Shown: positions 21,301 to 30,720 of the stretch, piece by piece
How the letters are laid out: every line of letters begins with the position of its first letter
Numbering within the stretch: position 1 is the first letter of the stretch
NCBI GenBank assembly: GCA_963668625.2
Contig: CAXXKA010000008.1
Location: forward strand, 448,001-512,000
Source of the DNA: an uncultured candidate division Zixibacteria bacterium
GTDB taxonomy: Bacteria; Zixibacteria; MSB-5A5; UBA10806; 4484-95
Length of the DNA stretch: 64,000 nt
Reading direction: 5' to 3'
The notes under the pieces: model-generated
What the model saw: the letters and a program-made list of their open reading frames with translations, nothing else
Databases searched by the model: none
What the model was told of the DNA's origin: nothing
Position numbers and translations under genes: made by a program

Positions 21301-22195
21301 TTGGGTTTCTTTTAATAATTACTCGACCTCTTATCTCACCAACACCGGCATCCCCGGTACCAGTGATCCCAACAACATTATTGCCGTATTGTGGGATGAT
21401 CTCAATGGTTATGAAGGCACCTGCTACTACTACTACGATGAGACAGAGAATCAATTCATCGTCTCCTGGACCGATTGGGGTTTCTATATTTACGGTGGTG
21501 ATTCTCGTCGGTATGACATGCAGGTTATTCTTGATGGCGATGATAACTCGATTCTTTTACAATATGGTGATATCTCCGAGGGAGAATACGATAGTGATAT
21601 TTCCGTCGGTGTAGAAAACGCTGATGGTGATGTCGGGCTTGAGTACGCCTATGACAACTTTACCGGCTCAGGCGGTCTGGCTATCAAGTTCAGCTATCCT
21701 CTGTTCTGGCTGACCGTGGACCCGACTGTCGGCTATGTCGCGCCGGAAGGTTCGCAGGTATTCGATGTCAACTTCAATTCGGCTGAACTCGAACAGGGTA
21801 CCTATTACGGTGAGATTCGTATTAACACCAACGATCCCAACAACGGCATGTTCAGCGTACCATGTACTTTGAACGTAGGCCCGGTCGGTATCGATGATTA
21901 TTCATCGGCTGTTCCGAATGCGTTCACGCTGAATCAGAACTATCCCAACCCGTTCAACCCGACTACCGAGATCTCGTTCGGCTTGCCGACCGCCGGTCAC
22001 GTTAGTCTTGAGGTTTATGATGTCATGGGTCGCAAAGTCAGTATCGTCGTTGACGAGGAGATGGCTGCCGGTACCCATAGCATAATCTGGGATGGTAATA
22101 ACTTATCAGGTGAGAAGGTTACCTCGGGCGTTTATTTCTACAAACTCTCGCAGGGTGATAACACTACCACCAAAAAGATGATAATGTTGAAATAG
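18350..22195 (+). CDS. Secreted S8 subtilase (bacillopeptidase F-like) with carboxypeptidase-regulatory-like repeats, beta-sandwich domains and T9SS/FlgD-like C-terminal tail
   Basis: Signal peptide; DTG, HGTHTMG, GTSMASPHV triad; NYPNPFN...GVYFY tail. Confidence 0.9.
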   Translation: MSKANWLCFLLVLVFAPVVWSGQVSPFLDDYLQEFSTSADVEVLVMFEQQADIQSLNQQLKDEKATLAERNRRVIEALQEVATNTQPSMVAYFDQLQSQGYVSEYKTMWIANMAIVKTTKAGVYAMADNNAIGDIALSYKVRGIQPTKISEDDESLIASVEAGLEAINAPAAWAAGFTGAGRVVANMDTGVDGNHPALADRFRGDVDGDDDVDESFFDPYTTGWTFPQDSDSHGTHTMGTICGRSEAGDTVGVAIEAQWIAAAAIDRGGGIEGTVADAIESFQWFVDPDDNSETQDNPDAVGNSWGISPIYHGVPPCDDTFWSVIDNLEAAGTAVIFSAGNEGPDVGSLRTPSDRATTRYNVFSVGAVDGGNANYPVASFSSRGPSYCTPDGEPTFKPEVVAPGVDVRSSVPGGGYSTMSGTSMASPHVTGCVGVIRGVNPDLDVDSIKEILMATAHDLGAEGPDNDYGVGIIDIYEACLIAMDGYGYIEGYVYDDDTEDGIANALVSIDGTTRTAIADDNGFYSIGLPADTSYSMTASYFGYVSSNVSDVAVVADETTDQDFYLEPADAGYLHGYVTDLDENPIESATLTIVDTPIGSATTDENGYYLFDEIPGGATYTVEVAAVGYGFASGMVDVPVGDTATLSFSLQGMESFEGSNGGYDGEGTWEWGVPSSGPGEAYDGNNVWATILDGNYVDDLDDGLITPQYEITDANAMLSFYHWYVIEEDYDGGQLQVSIDGGLNWDLLTPEGGYPVAEVVGLDDGPGFSGEPATWELVVVDLSAYEGETISIKFRFGTDGSQQRAGWYIDGVVLNGGIMRAPEASLSCPSMNIDVMQGDSHDVQMTLSNNGDAQLNYNVVVLTDLALSATDDTERSYTGQVFESKEGHIMDENGSIKVTGESPFNYDDVITSIGGPDAFGYTYIDSDEENGPHYEWKDITGIGSAITFNGGTNPNDDGYSNSISMGMNFEFYGVPVTDIQVSTNGWVSFNNYSTSYLTNTGIPGTSDPNNIIAVLWDDLNGYEGTCYYYYDETENQFIVSWTDWGFYIYGGDSRRYDMQVILDGDDNSILLQYGDISEGEYDSDISVGVENADGDVGLEYAYDNFTGSGGLAIKFSYPLFWLTVDPTVGYVAPEGSQVFDVNFNSAELEQGTYYGEIRINTNDPNNGMFSVPCTLNVGPVGIDDYSSAVPNAFTLNQNYPNPFNPTTEISFGLPTAGHVSLEVYDVMGRKVSIVVDEEMAAGTHSIIWDGNNLSGEKVTSGVYFYKLSQGDNTTTKKMIMLK

Positions 22196-22223
22196 CTTAA
22201 CAACCAGCTAAATACATTAATAT

Positions 22224-22250
22224 GGGCGGTCGTTATGGCCGCCCTTTTTT
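22224..22250 (+). terminator. Rho-independent terminator
   Basis: GGGCGGTC-GTTAT-GGCCGCCC-TTTTTT. Confidence 0.8.
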
Positions 22251-22298
22251 ATTGTATTTTAATCCGAATATCAGTAAATATAATAAGTTTGGGGATAT

Positions 22299-23231
22299 AT
22301 GATTTTTGTAATTGATTTCGCGATAATAGCGGTTTGCGGTGTTGCCTTATGGTGGAGCGCCAATCTTATAGTCACTGGGGCAACTCATATCGCCCGACGA
22401 TTGGGGATCTCTGATCTGGTTGTTGGCCTGACCGTTGTTGCTTTCGGAACCTCAGCCCCGGAATTCGGAGTAACTATTGTCGCTGCTCTATCGGGGCATG
22501 GTAATTTATCGATTAGTAACGTGACCGGCTCCAATATCATTAATCTCGGTTTTGTGCTCGGATTAGTTGCTTTAATCAAAGCCATTAAAATATCACGCTC
22601 ATCTGTCAGGCGCGATGGCGTAATGCTAATTATAATTACGGCGCTTCTATATATTTTTCTGCTCGATTACAACCTTGACCATTGGGAGGGTATAGTATTT
22701 TTAGGAACGCTTATTATATATAACATCTACCTGATAAGAAATGGTAAGGTAAAGGTTGAAGAGATTGATCGGCAGACGTTCAAGCCATCGGATGTTTTCA
22801 AGCTCGTGCTGGGCATCGCCCTTATCGCTACTAGCTCTCATTTCCTGGTTAACTCGGCAGTGAAAATCGCCGGAGAACTGGGTGTTTCCGAATGGACTAT
22901 CGGGCAGACCATTATCGCGTTCGGCACCTCGATTCCGGAGCTGGCGACCTCGCTGGCGGCTGTCGTCAAAGGCCGTCACGGGATGTCGGTAGGTAATCTT
23001 ATCGGCTCTAATTTGTTCAATATACTGGGCGTGCTGGGGCTATCCTCGATAATACGAACGATGACTGTGGATAGCTCGGCTATTTTGAACCTGTATATCC
23101 TTATAGCTTTCACGATCATAGTCGTAATCATCATGCGTACCGGTAGAAAGATCAGCCGTGTCGAGGGAGGTATGTTGATAGCAATAAATTTGGCTATATG
23201 GGTACTCTCATTCATGGGGATTATCGGATAA
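22299..23231 (+). CDS. Calcium/sodium antiporter (YrbG family)
   Basis: Duplicated GTSAPE / GTSIPE and GSN motifs, ~10 TM helices. Confidence 0.92.
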   Translation: MIFVIDFAIIAVCGVALWWSANLIVTGATHIARRLGISDLVVGLTVVAFGTSAPEFGVTIVAALSGHGNLSISNVTGSNIINLGFVLGLVALIKAIKISRSSVRRDGVMLIIITALLYIFLLDYNLDHWEGIVFLGTLIIYNIYLIRNGKVKVEEIDRQTFKPSDVFKLVLGIALIATSSHFLVNSAVKIAGELGVSEWTIGQTIIAFGTSIPELATSLAAVVKGRHGMSVGNLIGSNLFNILGVLGLSSIIRTMTVDSSAILNLYILIAFTIIVVIIMRTGRKISRVEGGMLIAINLAIWVLSFMGIIG

Positions 23232-23378
23232 TTTTTCTTGATCTAACAGGTAATCTAAACTCTTTGGCAGGGCAGCGATATAGTTTGTTACACTAGTATC
23301 CGGTGTTTTTCGATAAATTTTAAATTTCTCCCTGGAATTGTTGGTTAAAGATATTTTCCGATATAATTAAACATTCAT

Positions 23379-23545
23379 CGTATCATACATCCTGATATGT
23401 CTTGTCGATGTTAGCTTAGTTTCCTGGTTTCCAAGCGCTGCCTGGAAACCTTGTTGAGTCATGTAGAATAGGCATTCTGCCAGCAGACAAGCCACGTTGC
23501 GAAGCAGCGCTTCGCAACGAGATGGAAAGGCCGGACAGTAGTGAG
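23379..23545. repeat. ~150-170-bp dispersed REP/REPIN-like repeat; other copies ~24647-24775, ~26666-26746 (partial), ~44796-44963
   Basis: Shared core ggtttccaagc-ctgcctggaaacctt-ttgagtcat-tagaat...gcattctgcc...ccacgttgcgaagcag-gcttcg-aacgagatggaaag. Confidence 0.85.
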
Positions 23546-23932
23546 TTTGTTAAAAATACTATATTTTTAACGCATGTCCCGCGATAATATCAATTTTGGT
23601 TTTATGTCGTTATACCGGTTCTAAGATTTTACTAAATCAAAAAGCCTATAATAACGCTCAATATCATCATAATGATTTCAAGCATTATTTTGGAGGATAC
23701 ACCCAGTACCAGCATAAGGGATAAAGCTATAACTACTATTACAGTAGCGATTATAACTGTCAGGGGATTACTCAATTTACCTCGCCCTTTTTATTGAGTG
23801 TTTGACTTATCTACAATCCATTAACTATACAACCTGATGAGGAAATTATTCTGTTTTAAAAGAGAATATATATGAGTTTCGTCTGTATATAGCCTGACAG
23901 TTAACAATTTTAAAATCGCTACGGGAGGATAT

Positions 23933-24499
23933 ATGAAATTGATTGGAATTTTCATCATATTAGTATTTACGATCTTTTCCGGTATTTTTATTCAGGCACA
24001 GGATATTGGAAATTATTTCACGCCGTATGGATTTCAATACCCGAACCTGACTGCGGGGCAGTATGCGCTAACACTTCGAGGTGATTATTCCGATTTTAAA
24101 TATAATCGCAAATCCGGAACCAACTCGCTTATTGATAGGCATTTTGAGGTTAATTCCTATGCCACATTCAGTGGTTTACTTGCCCTAACAGACCAGTTCA
24201 TGATTAGCGCCGACGTTGAGTACCATCCCCGGCGATTTGCCTCGGATCAGTTGACCTCGGTCTCGGTACTGGCCTCACCTCGCTTGCGGGAATTACAGTA
24301 TTCCTCTTTCAGGCCATCATTTGGATTAGTATACAAGCCGTCTTCTAATCTCGAGATATTCGGCAATTTCGGTTATAGCTATAATGAGTACGATTTCCGG
24401 GATTATAATGATTATTACGATGAGGAATATGATGTGATACCATACTGGCAGAGGAGGTATAGCGGTGCTATAGGGATTACGTATTTGGGGAAACTATAG
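23933..24499 (+). CDS. Secreted/outer-membrane beta-strand-rich hypothetical protein
   Basis: Signal peptide; alternating beta pattern; RBS GGGAGG. Confidence 0.6.
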   Translation: MKLIGIFIILVFTIFSGIFIQAQDIGNYFTPYGFQYPNLTAGQYALTLRGDYSDFKYNRKSGTNSLIDRHFEVNSYATFSGLLALTDQFMISADVEYHPRRFASDQLTSVSVLASPRLRELQYSSFRPSFGLVYKPSSNLEIFGNFGYSYNEYDFRDYNDYYDEEYDVIPYWQRRYSGAIGITYLGKL

Positions 24500-24806
24500 G
24501 AATGGAATCACTAATGTCCTGTGTAAATTTGCTATCTTAATCATTGTATGTAGCAAAATTTCTCATATTGATTTTTAGATCGAATTAGAAGTTAATATCT
24601 GGATATAGTTCCGCTTCCATCCTTCTAAATCCCGCTTATGTAAGTCTTATTTCCCCTGTTTTCCAAACGCTAACTCGAAAACTCCTCGAGTCATGTAGAA
24701 TACGTATTCTACCGGCAGGCAAACCACATTGCGAAGCAGCGCTTAGTAATGAGAAGGAAAGACCGAACAGTATTAGAATAGAATATTAAAGCAATACTAT
24801 CGGGGT

Positions 24807-26198
24807 TTACAATTTCAAACTACCGATAAACTCATCTACCTCCGGGATACCGCCCTGCAAGACAAGGTAGCCATCATAGGGCTCGCGTGGGGTTATCTCA
24901 TCGGCGATAGGAGTGAGCATGATATTTTTCACCTCGTCGGGGTCGGTGGTTTGGCCGAGCGCCCAGCCGAGCTTGACATAAGCCACCTCTGGCAGCATGT
25001 TGGCGGCCGGTACCACACCCAGATGCATCAGGTCACGACCGGTGTCGTACACGTACATATCGACATAGCCCCAGAGAGTCTGCACGGTCATGTATACCGC
25101 GACTCCCTTATCGATAGCTTTTTTCAGAGGCTTATACAGCGGTTTGTTAACATGACCCAGTCCGGTTCCGGCGATCACTATCCCCTTATAGCCGTTGTCA
25201 ATCAGGGCCTCGATAATATCTGGCTGCATATTGGGGTAGTAATAAACGATCGCTATTTTGTCCTCGAATACCGGATTGATTTTAACGTTACGATCATCCC
25301 GACGCTTTTTGTAAGCGGTTTTAATATGGGAGATACCGCCCACCTCGACACGCGCGATCGGGACATCGCTTAAAGTACGAAACGTGGAACGATAGCTGGA
25401 ATGCATCTTACGAACCCGGGTACCCGAATGAAGCAGGTTGTATTGATCGGAGGTTGGCCCGAACATACACACCATCACCTGGGCAATATCGCCATGCGCG
25501 GCTGTCCAGGCAGCCGCCATCAGGTTACGAGCGGCATCCGAGGAGGGACGATCCGAGGAACGCTGCGATCCGACCATGACAATTGGAATCGGAGAGTCTT
25601 GCACCATGAAAGTTAATGCAGCTGCAGTGTGATGCATAGTATCGGTGCCATGACCGACGATTATACCATCAACGCCATTCTCAATCTCGCGGCCAATTGC
25701 CTCGGCTACGAGTTTCCACTGCTCCGGCCCCATATTTTCAGAAAATATACCGCAGATCTTCTCCGTGCGCATATTGCAGATATCGGCTAATTCAGGCACT
25801 GCGCCGTACAATTCGCCCGGTGTGAAAGCCGGAATAACCGCCCCGGTACGATAATCGAGGCGTGAGGCTATGGTTCCGCCGGTGCCAAGCAGGGTAACAT
25901 TGGGCTTTTTCTCATCGAACGGAAACTCTTTTTCGGGTATTTTGTACACGGCCTCTTTAAATGCCGTTTCCTTAGCCTCAAGGATGGAGGTGGTGGCCAA
26001 ACCGATATTGTAACCGTTTCGGAGTTTTAGTACGATATGTTTATCACCAGAGGTTTCCGAGCGTGGAAGAATCACGCCGACGAATTTGCCCTTATTGCTT
26101 TTAATTACAACATCCGACCATACCCGAACGCCCAGCTCCTTTAATTTGGCCAGGGCTTCGCCTTTATATCCTTTGTAAACAACGCTATCATCAGCCAC
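24807..26198 (-). CDS. gatD: Glu-tRNA(Gln) amidotransferase subunit GatD (archaeal-type)
   Basis: GatD N-domain (ILPRSE...IVLKLRNGYNIG) plus asparaginase core TGGTIASRLDYRTGAV, HGTDT, GSQRSSDRPSSD, KMHSSYRSTF. Confidence 0.9.
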   Translation of the reverse strand: MADDSVVYKGYKGEALAKLKELGVRVWSDVVIKSNKGKFVGVILPRSETSGDKHIVLKLRNGYNIGLATTSILEAKETAFKEAVYKIPEKEFPFDEKKPNVTLLGTGGTIASRLDYRTGAVIPAFTPGELYGAVPELADICNMRTEKICGIFSENMGPEQWKLVAEAIGREIENGVDGIIVGHGTDTMHHTAAALTFMVQDSPIPIVMVGSQRSSDRPSSDAARNLMAAAWTAAHGDIAQVMVCMFGPTSDQYNLLHSGTRVRKMHSSYRSTFRTLSDVPIARVEVGGISHIKTAYKKRRDDRNVKINPVFEDKIAIVYYYPNMQPDIIEALIDNGYKGIVIAGTGLGHVNKPLYKPLKKAIDKGVAVYMTVQTLWGYVDMYVYDTGRDLMHLGVVPAANMLPEVAYVKLGWALGQTTDPDEVKNIMLTPIADEITPREPYDGYLVLQGGIPEVDEFIGSLKL

Positions 26199-26300
26199 GG
26201 TATTTTCCTTTTCTCTTTATTGCTATTGCGAGGCCTCCTGATTGTGAGGCCGCGTCAATCTCCTTAAGTTGAAAGCTTCAATCGGCGGTTACGAAACGGC

Positions 26301-26444
26301 GGCTTGCTGAAAAAGCCTTTTTCACCCGTCGCTTGGCTGATGAAGTCCTTTGCTCATCCTTTCCCGGCGACATCCGCATGAAATCAGGTATCAGGAAATG
26401 ATTCATGACATCGCAACTATCCAATTTGGCTTTTTCAATAATCC
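26301..26444. mobile_element. 144-bp MITE with 17-bp imperfect TIRs and 4-bp target duplication
   Basis: Left GGCTTGCTGAAAAAGCC, right reverse complement GGATTATTGAAAAAGCC (14/17); CGGC on both sides; internal segment recurs at ~59537-59603. Confidence 0.6.
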
Positions 26445-26747
26445 CGGCGTTTCGCAACGAGATTGTTATTGCGCGCAGACCGTTAATCTACCGCGCGATT
26501 AAACGCGTGTAATGTAATGTTTGGAGGTGGGTTTGGCAAGTTGGAAATATCTGTTAATAACAGGTATAAACATATGTGATTTTCGTCGTGTATCATGACA
26601 TTCGTTACATCTTATATTACCCTGGAATGAGAAATATTAAATTTCGCCGTCAGTTAACTCAGACCGAGTTTCCTGATTTCCAGGCGCTGCCTGGGAACCT
26701 TCTTGAGTCATGTAGACTGCGCATTCTGCCGGCAAACAAGCCGCGTC

Positions 26748-26822
26748 TGGTTCTAACTGATCGGGAGACGGTGCAGCAGATATCGGAAAATCCTTATCTT
26801 CAATACTTTCTTGGATTTTCAT
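26748..26822 (+). mobile_element. IS5-family transposase fragment
   Basis: Peptide LTDRETVQQISENPYLQYFLGFS resembles the conserved DUF772/IS5 transposase N-terminal segment. Confidence 0.6.
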
Positions 26823-26923
26823 ATGCCGAGCGGTGTGAAAATACTATTCTCAGCAGATAAGGTTTGTATCGTTGCTATCATGATGATTGCTACCATCACC
26901 ATCATTATCGTTTTCATCTTCAT
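26819..26923 (-). pseudogene. Truncated 7th array gene (signal peptide only, 34 aa)
   Basis: MKMKTIMMVMVAIIMIATIQTLSAENSIFTPLGI*; first 25 aa identical to 28312-29325 and 30721-31731. Confidence 0.8.
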
Positions 26924-26979
26924 TATTCCTCCCTTGAGAGGCGGGTAGATCAGGCAGTGCCTGACCTACCCTTACTATG

Positions 26980-28254
26980 TTACTTCAACAGTGTCATCTG
27001 CTTTGTCTCGGTGAAGGTGCCAGTGTCGATGGTGTAGAAATATACCCCACTTGCGGCATCTCTGGTATCCCAGGTTATGTTGTGATTGCCTGCGGGTAAT
27101 TGTCCCGGTGATAATGCCTCAACCAGCTGGCCTGTTATGTTGTAGATACGAATGTTAACCTCAGTCTCCTCGGGCAGGGCGAAACTGATATTCGTTTGAG
27201 CGTTGAACGGGTTGGGGTAGTTCTGAGAGAGGCTGTACTCCTGCGGCAATGGTTGCTCTGGAGCATCTACAGTGTAGAACAGATTAGCGAGGATGGCGTT
27301 AAGCATCTCGGCGCGCGTGTTCTGGCCCTCGTCGGTGAAGTAGGCAAAGCCGAAACCGTTGTACCAGTCGAAGCGGCCAGTTTCGCCAGCTTCAACAATA
27401 ATACCTCTTTTGCCGGGATAATAGGGAATACCTTCAAAAGCTGTTCGAATTATATCATCTCTAGGACTGTAATCATCATGAGGCGCAGGTTCATTATATT
27501 CTACAATTAAGCCCGAAGTACATCGATTATAGGAAACCCCAGCAATAGCACGATTAAGCAAAACAGGCCAAGATGGAAATGTATTAAAAATATTAAAGTA
27601 ATCATCATTGTTAAAATCACCGAAATTGATTACTTTTCCTCCGTTTTCAGCATAGGGGTATATTAAATCGAAATGGTTTTGTAATTGCTGTTCGGTTAGT
27701 CTTTGTTCTCCATACTGCCCATCGCAATCAATTACTACATCATAGCAGTTAAGCTCAAGCATATCGGGAAGTGAATTTGCAGTAGTGAAATTATAACCTA
27801 TTCTTGAACCTACTGCAATTAAGCTGTCAGCATTGTGGGAATCTATCTCGTCGATTACGAGTATGGCATTAACATCCGCACATTTACCAAGCGGTGTGAT
27901 ATTTTCATCACGCGGTTCGTACCTGCCGATGGGGATATTTCTATCCTCGTAGAACCTGTTAGGATACGAGGCTCTTATTTGTACTTGTCCTGGCCGCCAG
28001 ATTGTTGAATTGAAGAAATACCTGCCTTGCTGAGTATAACCTATTTTCATTAAATTATTCTCCGGGCTCCAGCAAACTACTTTTATACTGTCAGGTTGGC
28101 CATTGTTATCGTATCGACCATTGTCATCTACATTGATGATTACCTGCTGTGGGTTTCTTGATGGTGAAATGTGGTTCTGGGCTGATAATGGTATCAGCAA
28201 TGCCAGCATGAACACAACCACCGCCATTATCATCAATATCGTTTTGTTATTCAT
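26980..28254 (-). CDS. Array gene G6: secreted protein, signal + module A + module B(type 3) + T9SS-like tail
   Basis: Signal peptide; shared modules with neighbours; NYPNPFN tail. Confidence 0.85.
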   Translation of the reverse strand: MNNKTILMIMAVVVFMLALLIPLSAQNHISPSRNPQQVIINVDDNGRYDNNGQPDSIKVVCWSPENNLMKIGYTQQGRYFFNSTIWRPGQVQIRASYPNRFYEDRNIPIGRYEPRDENITPLGKCADVNAILVIDEIDSHNADSLIAVGSRIGYNFTTANSLPDMLELNCYDVVIDCDGQYGEQRLTEQQLQNHFDLIYPYAENGGKVINFGDFNNDDYFNIFNTFPSWPVLLNRAIAGVSYNRCTSGLIVEYNEPAPHDDYSPRDDIIRTAFEGIPYYPGKRGIIVEAGETGRFDWYNGFGFAYFTDEGQNTRAEMLNAILANLFYTVDAPEQPLPQEYSLSQNYPNPFNAQTNISFALPEETEVNIRIYNITGQLVEALSPGQLPAGNHNITWDTRDAASGVYFYTIDTGTFTETKQMTLLK

Positions 28255-28311
28255 TATTCCTCCCTTGAGAGGGGGGGTAAGTCAGGCAGTGCCTGACCTA
28301 CCCTTACTATG

Positions 28312-29325
28312 TTACTTCAACAGTGTCATCTGCTTTGTCTCGGTGAAGGTGCCAGTGTCGATGGTGTAGAAATATACCCCACTTGCGGCATCTCTGGTAT
28401 CCCAGGTTACGTTATGATTGCCCGCGGGTAACAACCCCGGTGATAATGTCTCAACCAACTGGCCGGTGATGTTGTAAATGCGGATGCTGACCTCAGTCTC
28501 CTCTGGCAAAGCGAAACTGATATTTGTTTTAGCGTTGAATGGGTTGGGGTAGTTCTGGGAGAGTGAGTACTCCTGCGGCAATGGTTGCTCCGGCGCATCG
28601 ACAGTGTAGAACAGGTTTTTGAGGATGACGTTTAGCATCTCAGCGCGTGTGTTCTGCCCCTCATCGGTGAAGTAGGCAAAGCCGAAACCGTTGTACCAGT
28701 CGAAACGGCCAGTTTCGCCGACTTCAACTATAATCCCGCGTACACCTTGAATGAAAGGAGCTGGTTCAAATATTGCTGTATACCAGCCAGTAACTCTCGG
28801 CATGTAATCGTTGTGGGGAGCAGGTTCGTTGTACTCAACACTTATCCCAGCAGTTACATCATTGCAGCTTAATCCCACCATGGATGTATTGCACCCTAAG
28901 AATGGAATTGTAGTATAATCAAAAACGCCGATGTAATCATCATTTCTAAAATCACCGAAGTTAATGACTTTACCTCCAAGTTCAGCGTATGCATAAAGCA
29001 AATTAAAATGCTCTTGAAGTTGTTGTTCACTCATGAATGGTTCACCGTATTGCCTGGAGCCGTCAAAGTCTATTACAACATCGTAAATATCAAGCTCAAG
29101 CATATCAGGTAGAACATTTACGGTTGTTAAATTGTAATCTAACCTTGTTGCCACAGCAATTAAACTATCAGCGTTAGGAGAGTTGAGTTGGTCGATTACT
29201 AAGATTGAATCAACGTCAGCGCATTTGTTGAATGGCGTGAAACTACTATCCTCAGCAGATAAGGTTTGTATCGTTGCTATCATGATGATTGCTACCATCA
29301 CCATCATTATCGTTTTCATCTTCAT
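28312..29325 (-). CDS. Array gene G5: secreted protein, signal + module B(type 2) + T9SS-like tail
   Basis: As above. Confidence 0.85.
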   Translation of the reverse strand: MKMKTIMMVMVAIIMIATIQTLSAEDSSFTPFNKCADVDSILVIDQLNSPNADSLIAVATRLDYNLTTVNVLPDMLELDIYDVVIDFDGSRQYGEPFMSEQQLQEHFNLLYAYAELGGKVINFGDFRNDDYIGVFDYTTIPFLGCNTSMVGLSCNDVTAGISVEYNEPAPHNDYMPRVTGWYTAIFEPAPFIQGVRGIIVEVGETGRFDWYNGFGFAYFTDEGQNTRAEMLNVILKNLFYTVDAPEQPLPQEYSLSQNYPNPFNAKTNISFALPEETEVSIRIYNITGQLVETLSPGLLPAGNHNVTWDTRDAASGVYFYTIDTGTFTETKQMTLLK

Positions 29326-29383
29326 TATTCCTCCCTTGAGAGGCGGGTAGATCAGGCAGTACCTGACCTACTCTGTGACTATG

Positions 29384-30664
29384 TTACCTCAACAGTGTCA
29401 TCTGCTTTGTCTCGGTGAAAGCGCCGGTGTCGATAGTGTAGAAATACACACCACTGGCGGCATCGTTGGCATCCCAGGTTACGTTATGATTGCCTGCGGG
29501 TAACAACCCCGGTGATAGTGTCTCCACCAACTGGCCGGTTATGTTGTAGATGCGGATGCTGACCTCAGTCTCCTCTGGCAAAGCGAAACTGATATTTGTT
29601 TTAGCGTTGAATGGGTTGGGGTAGTTCTGGGAGAGTGAGTACTCCTGCGGCAATGGTTGCTCCGGAGCATCGACAGTATAGAACAGGTTAGCGAGGATGG
29701 CGTTTAGCATCTCGGCGCGGGTGTTCTGGCCCTCATCGGTGAAATAGGCAAAGCCGAAACCGGGATACCAATCAAATCGGCCTGTCTCGCCCGCCTCAAT
29801 TGCCATTGCTCGTGTTCCCTGCCTGAATGGCATAGGTTCGAAAATTGTAGTACTCCAGCCAGAGTAAGGCATATAATCATCATGCGGTGCAGGCTCGTTG
29901 TATGCTATACTCATTCCACCGGTAATAGGATTATTAATAAATCCATTCATAACTGAATTAATGCCAAGGAAGAAAGTATCCCAACAGCTAAATATATCCC
30001 AGTAATCATCATTTCTAAAGTCCCCGAAATTGATTATCTTTCCACCATTTTCAGCGTATTGGTATAGTAAATCGAAATGCTCTTGAAGCACTTCGTCACT
30101 CATGAAAGATTCGCCATATAGCCTGGAACCATCGAAATCAATAACAACATCGTAGTTCTCAAGCTCTAACGAGGAAGGAAGTTCATGTGTTTTACAAATC
30201 TCATATCCCTGACGTATGCCTATCTTAATCAAACTATCGGCGTTGTGTGAATAAGTTTGATCAATGACAAGTATTGTTCGTACATCAGCGCATTTGCTGA
30301 GAGGTGTTATATTTTCATCGCGTGGTTCGTATCTGCCAATGGGGATATTTTTATCATCGTAGAATCTGTTAGGATATGAGGCTCTTACCTGTACTTGCCC
30401 CGGCCGCCAGATTGTTGAATTGAAGAAATACCTACCTTGCTGAGTATAACCTATTTTCATTAAGTTGTTCTCAGGACTCCAGCACACTACTTTTACGCTG
30501 TCAGGTTGGCTATTGTTATCGTATCGGCCGTTGTCATCTACGTTTATGATTACCTGCTGTGGGTTTCTTGATGGTGAAATGTGGTTCTGGGCTGATAATG
30601 GTATCAGCAATGCCAGCATGAACACAACCACCGCCATTATCATCAATATCGTTTTGTTATTCAT
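29384..30664 (-). CDS. Array gene G4: secreted protein, signal + module A + module B(type 1) + T9SS-like tail
   Basis: Start reassigned to ATG 30664 (MNNK) after GGGAGG RBS; module B nearly identical to that of G1. Confidence 0.85.
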   Translation of the reverse strand: MNNKTILMIMAVVVFMLALLIPLSAQNHISPSRNPQQVIINVDDNGRYDNNSQPDSVKVVCWSPENNLMKIGYTQQGRYFFNSTIWRPGQVQVRASYPNRFYDDKNIPIGRYEPRDENITPLSKCADVRTILVIDQTYSHNADSLIKIGIRQGYEICKTHELPSSLELENYDVVIDFDGSRLYGESFMSDEVLQEHFDLLYQYAENGGKIINFGDFRNDDYWDIFSCWDTFFLGINSVMNGFINNPITGGMSIAYNEPAPHDDYMPYSGWSTTIFEPMPFRQGTRAMAIEAGETGRFDWYPGFGFAYFTDEGQNTRAEMLNAILANLFYTVDAPEQPLPQEYSLSQNYPNPFNAKTNISFALPEETEVSIRIYNITGQLVETLSPGLLPAGNHNVTWDANDAASGVYFYTIDTGAFTETKQMTLLR

Positions 30665-30720
30665 TATTCCTCCCACGAGAGGGGGGTAAGTCAGGCAGTG
30701 CCTGACCTACCCTTACTATG

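Noticed and set aside
26576-26860. 94-aa ORF as a real gene
   Set aside because: Composite of a dispersed repeat, an IS fragment and the antisense of the truncated cassette
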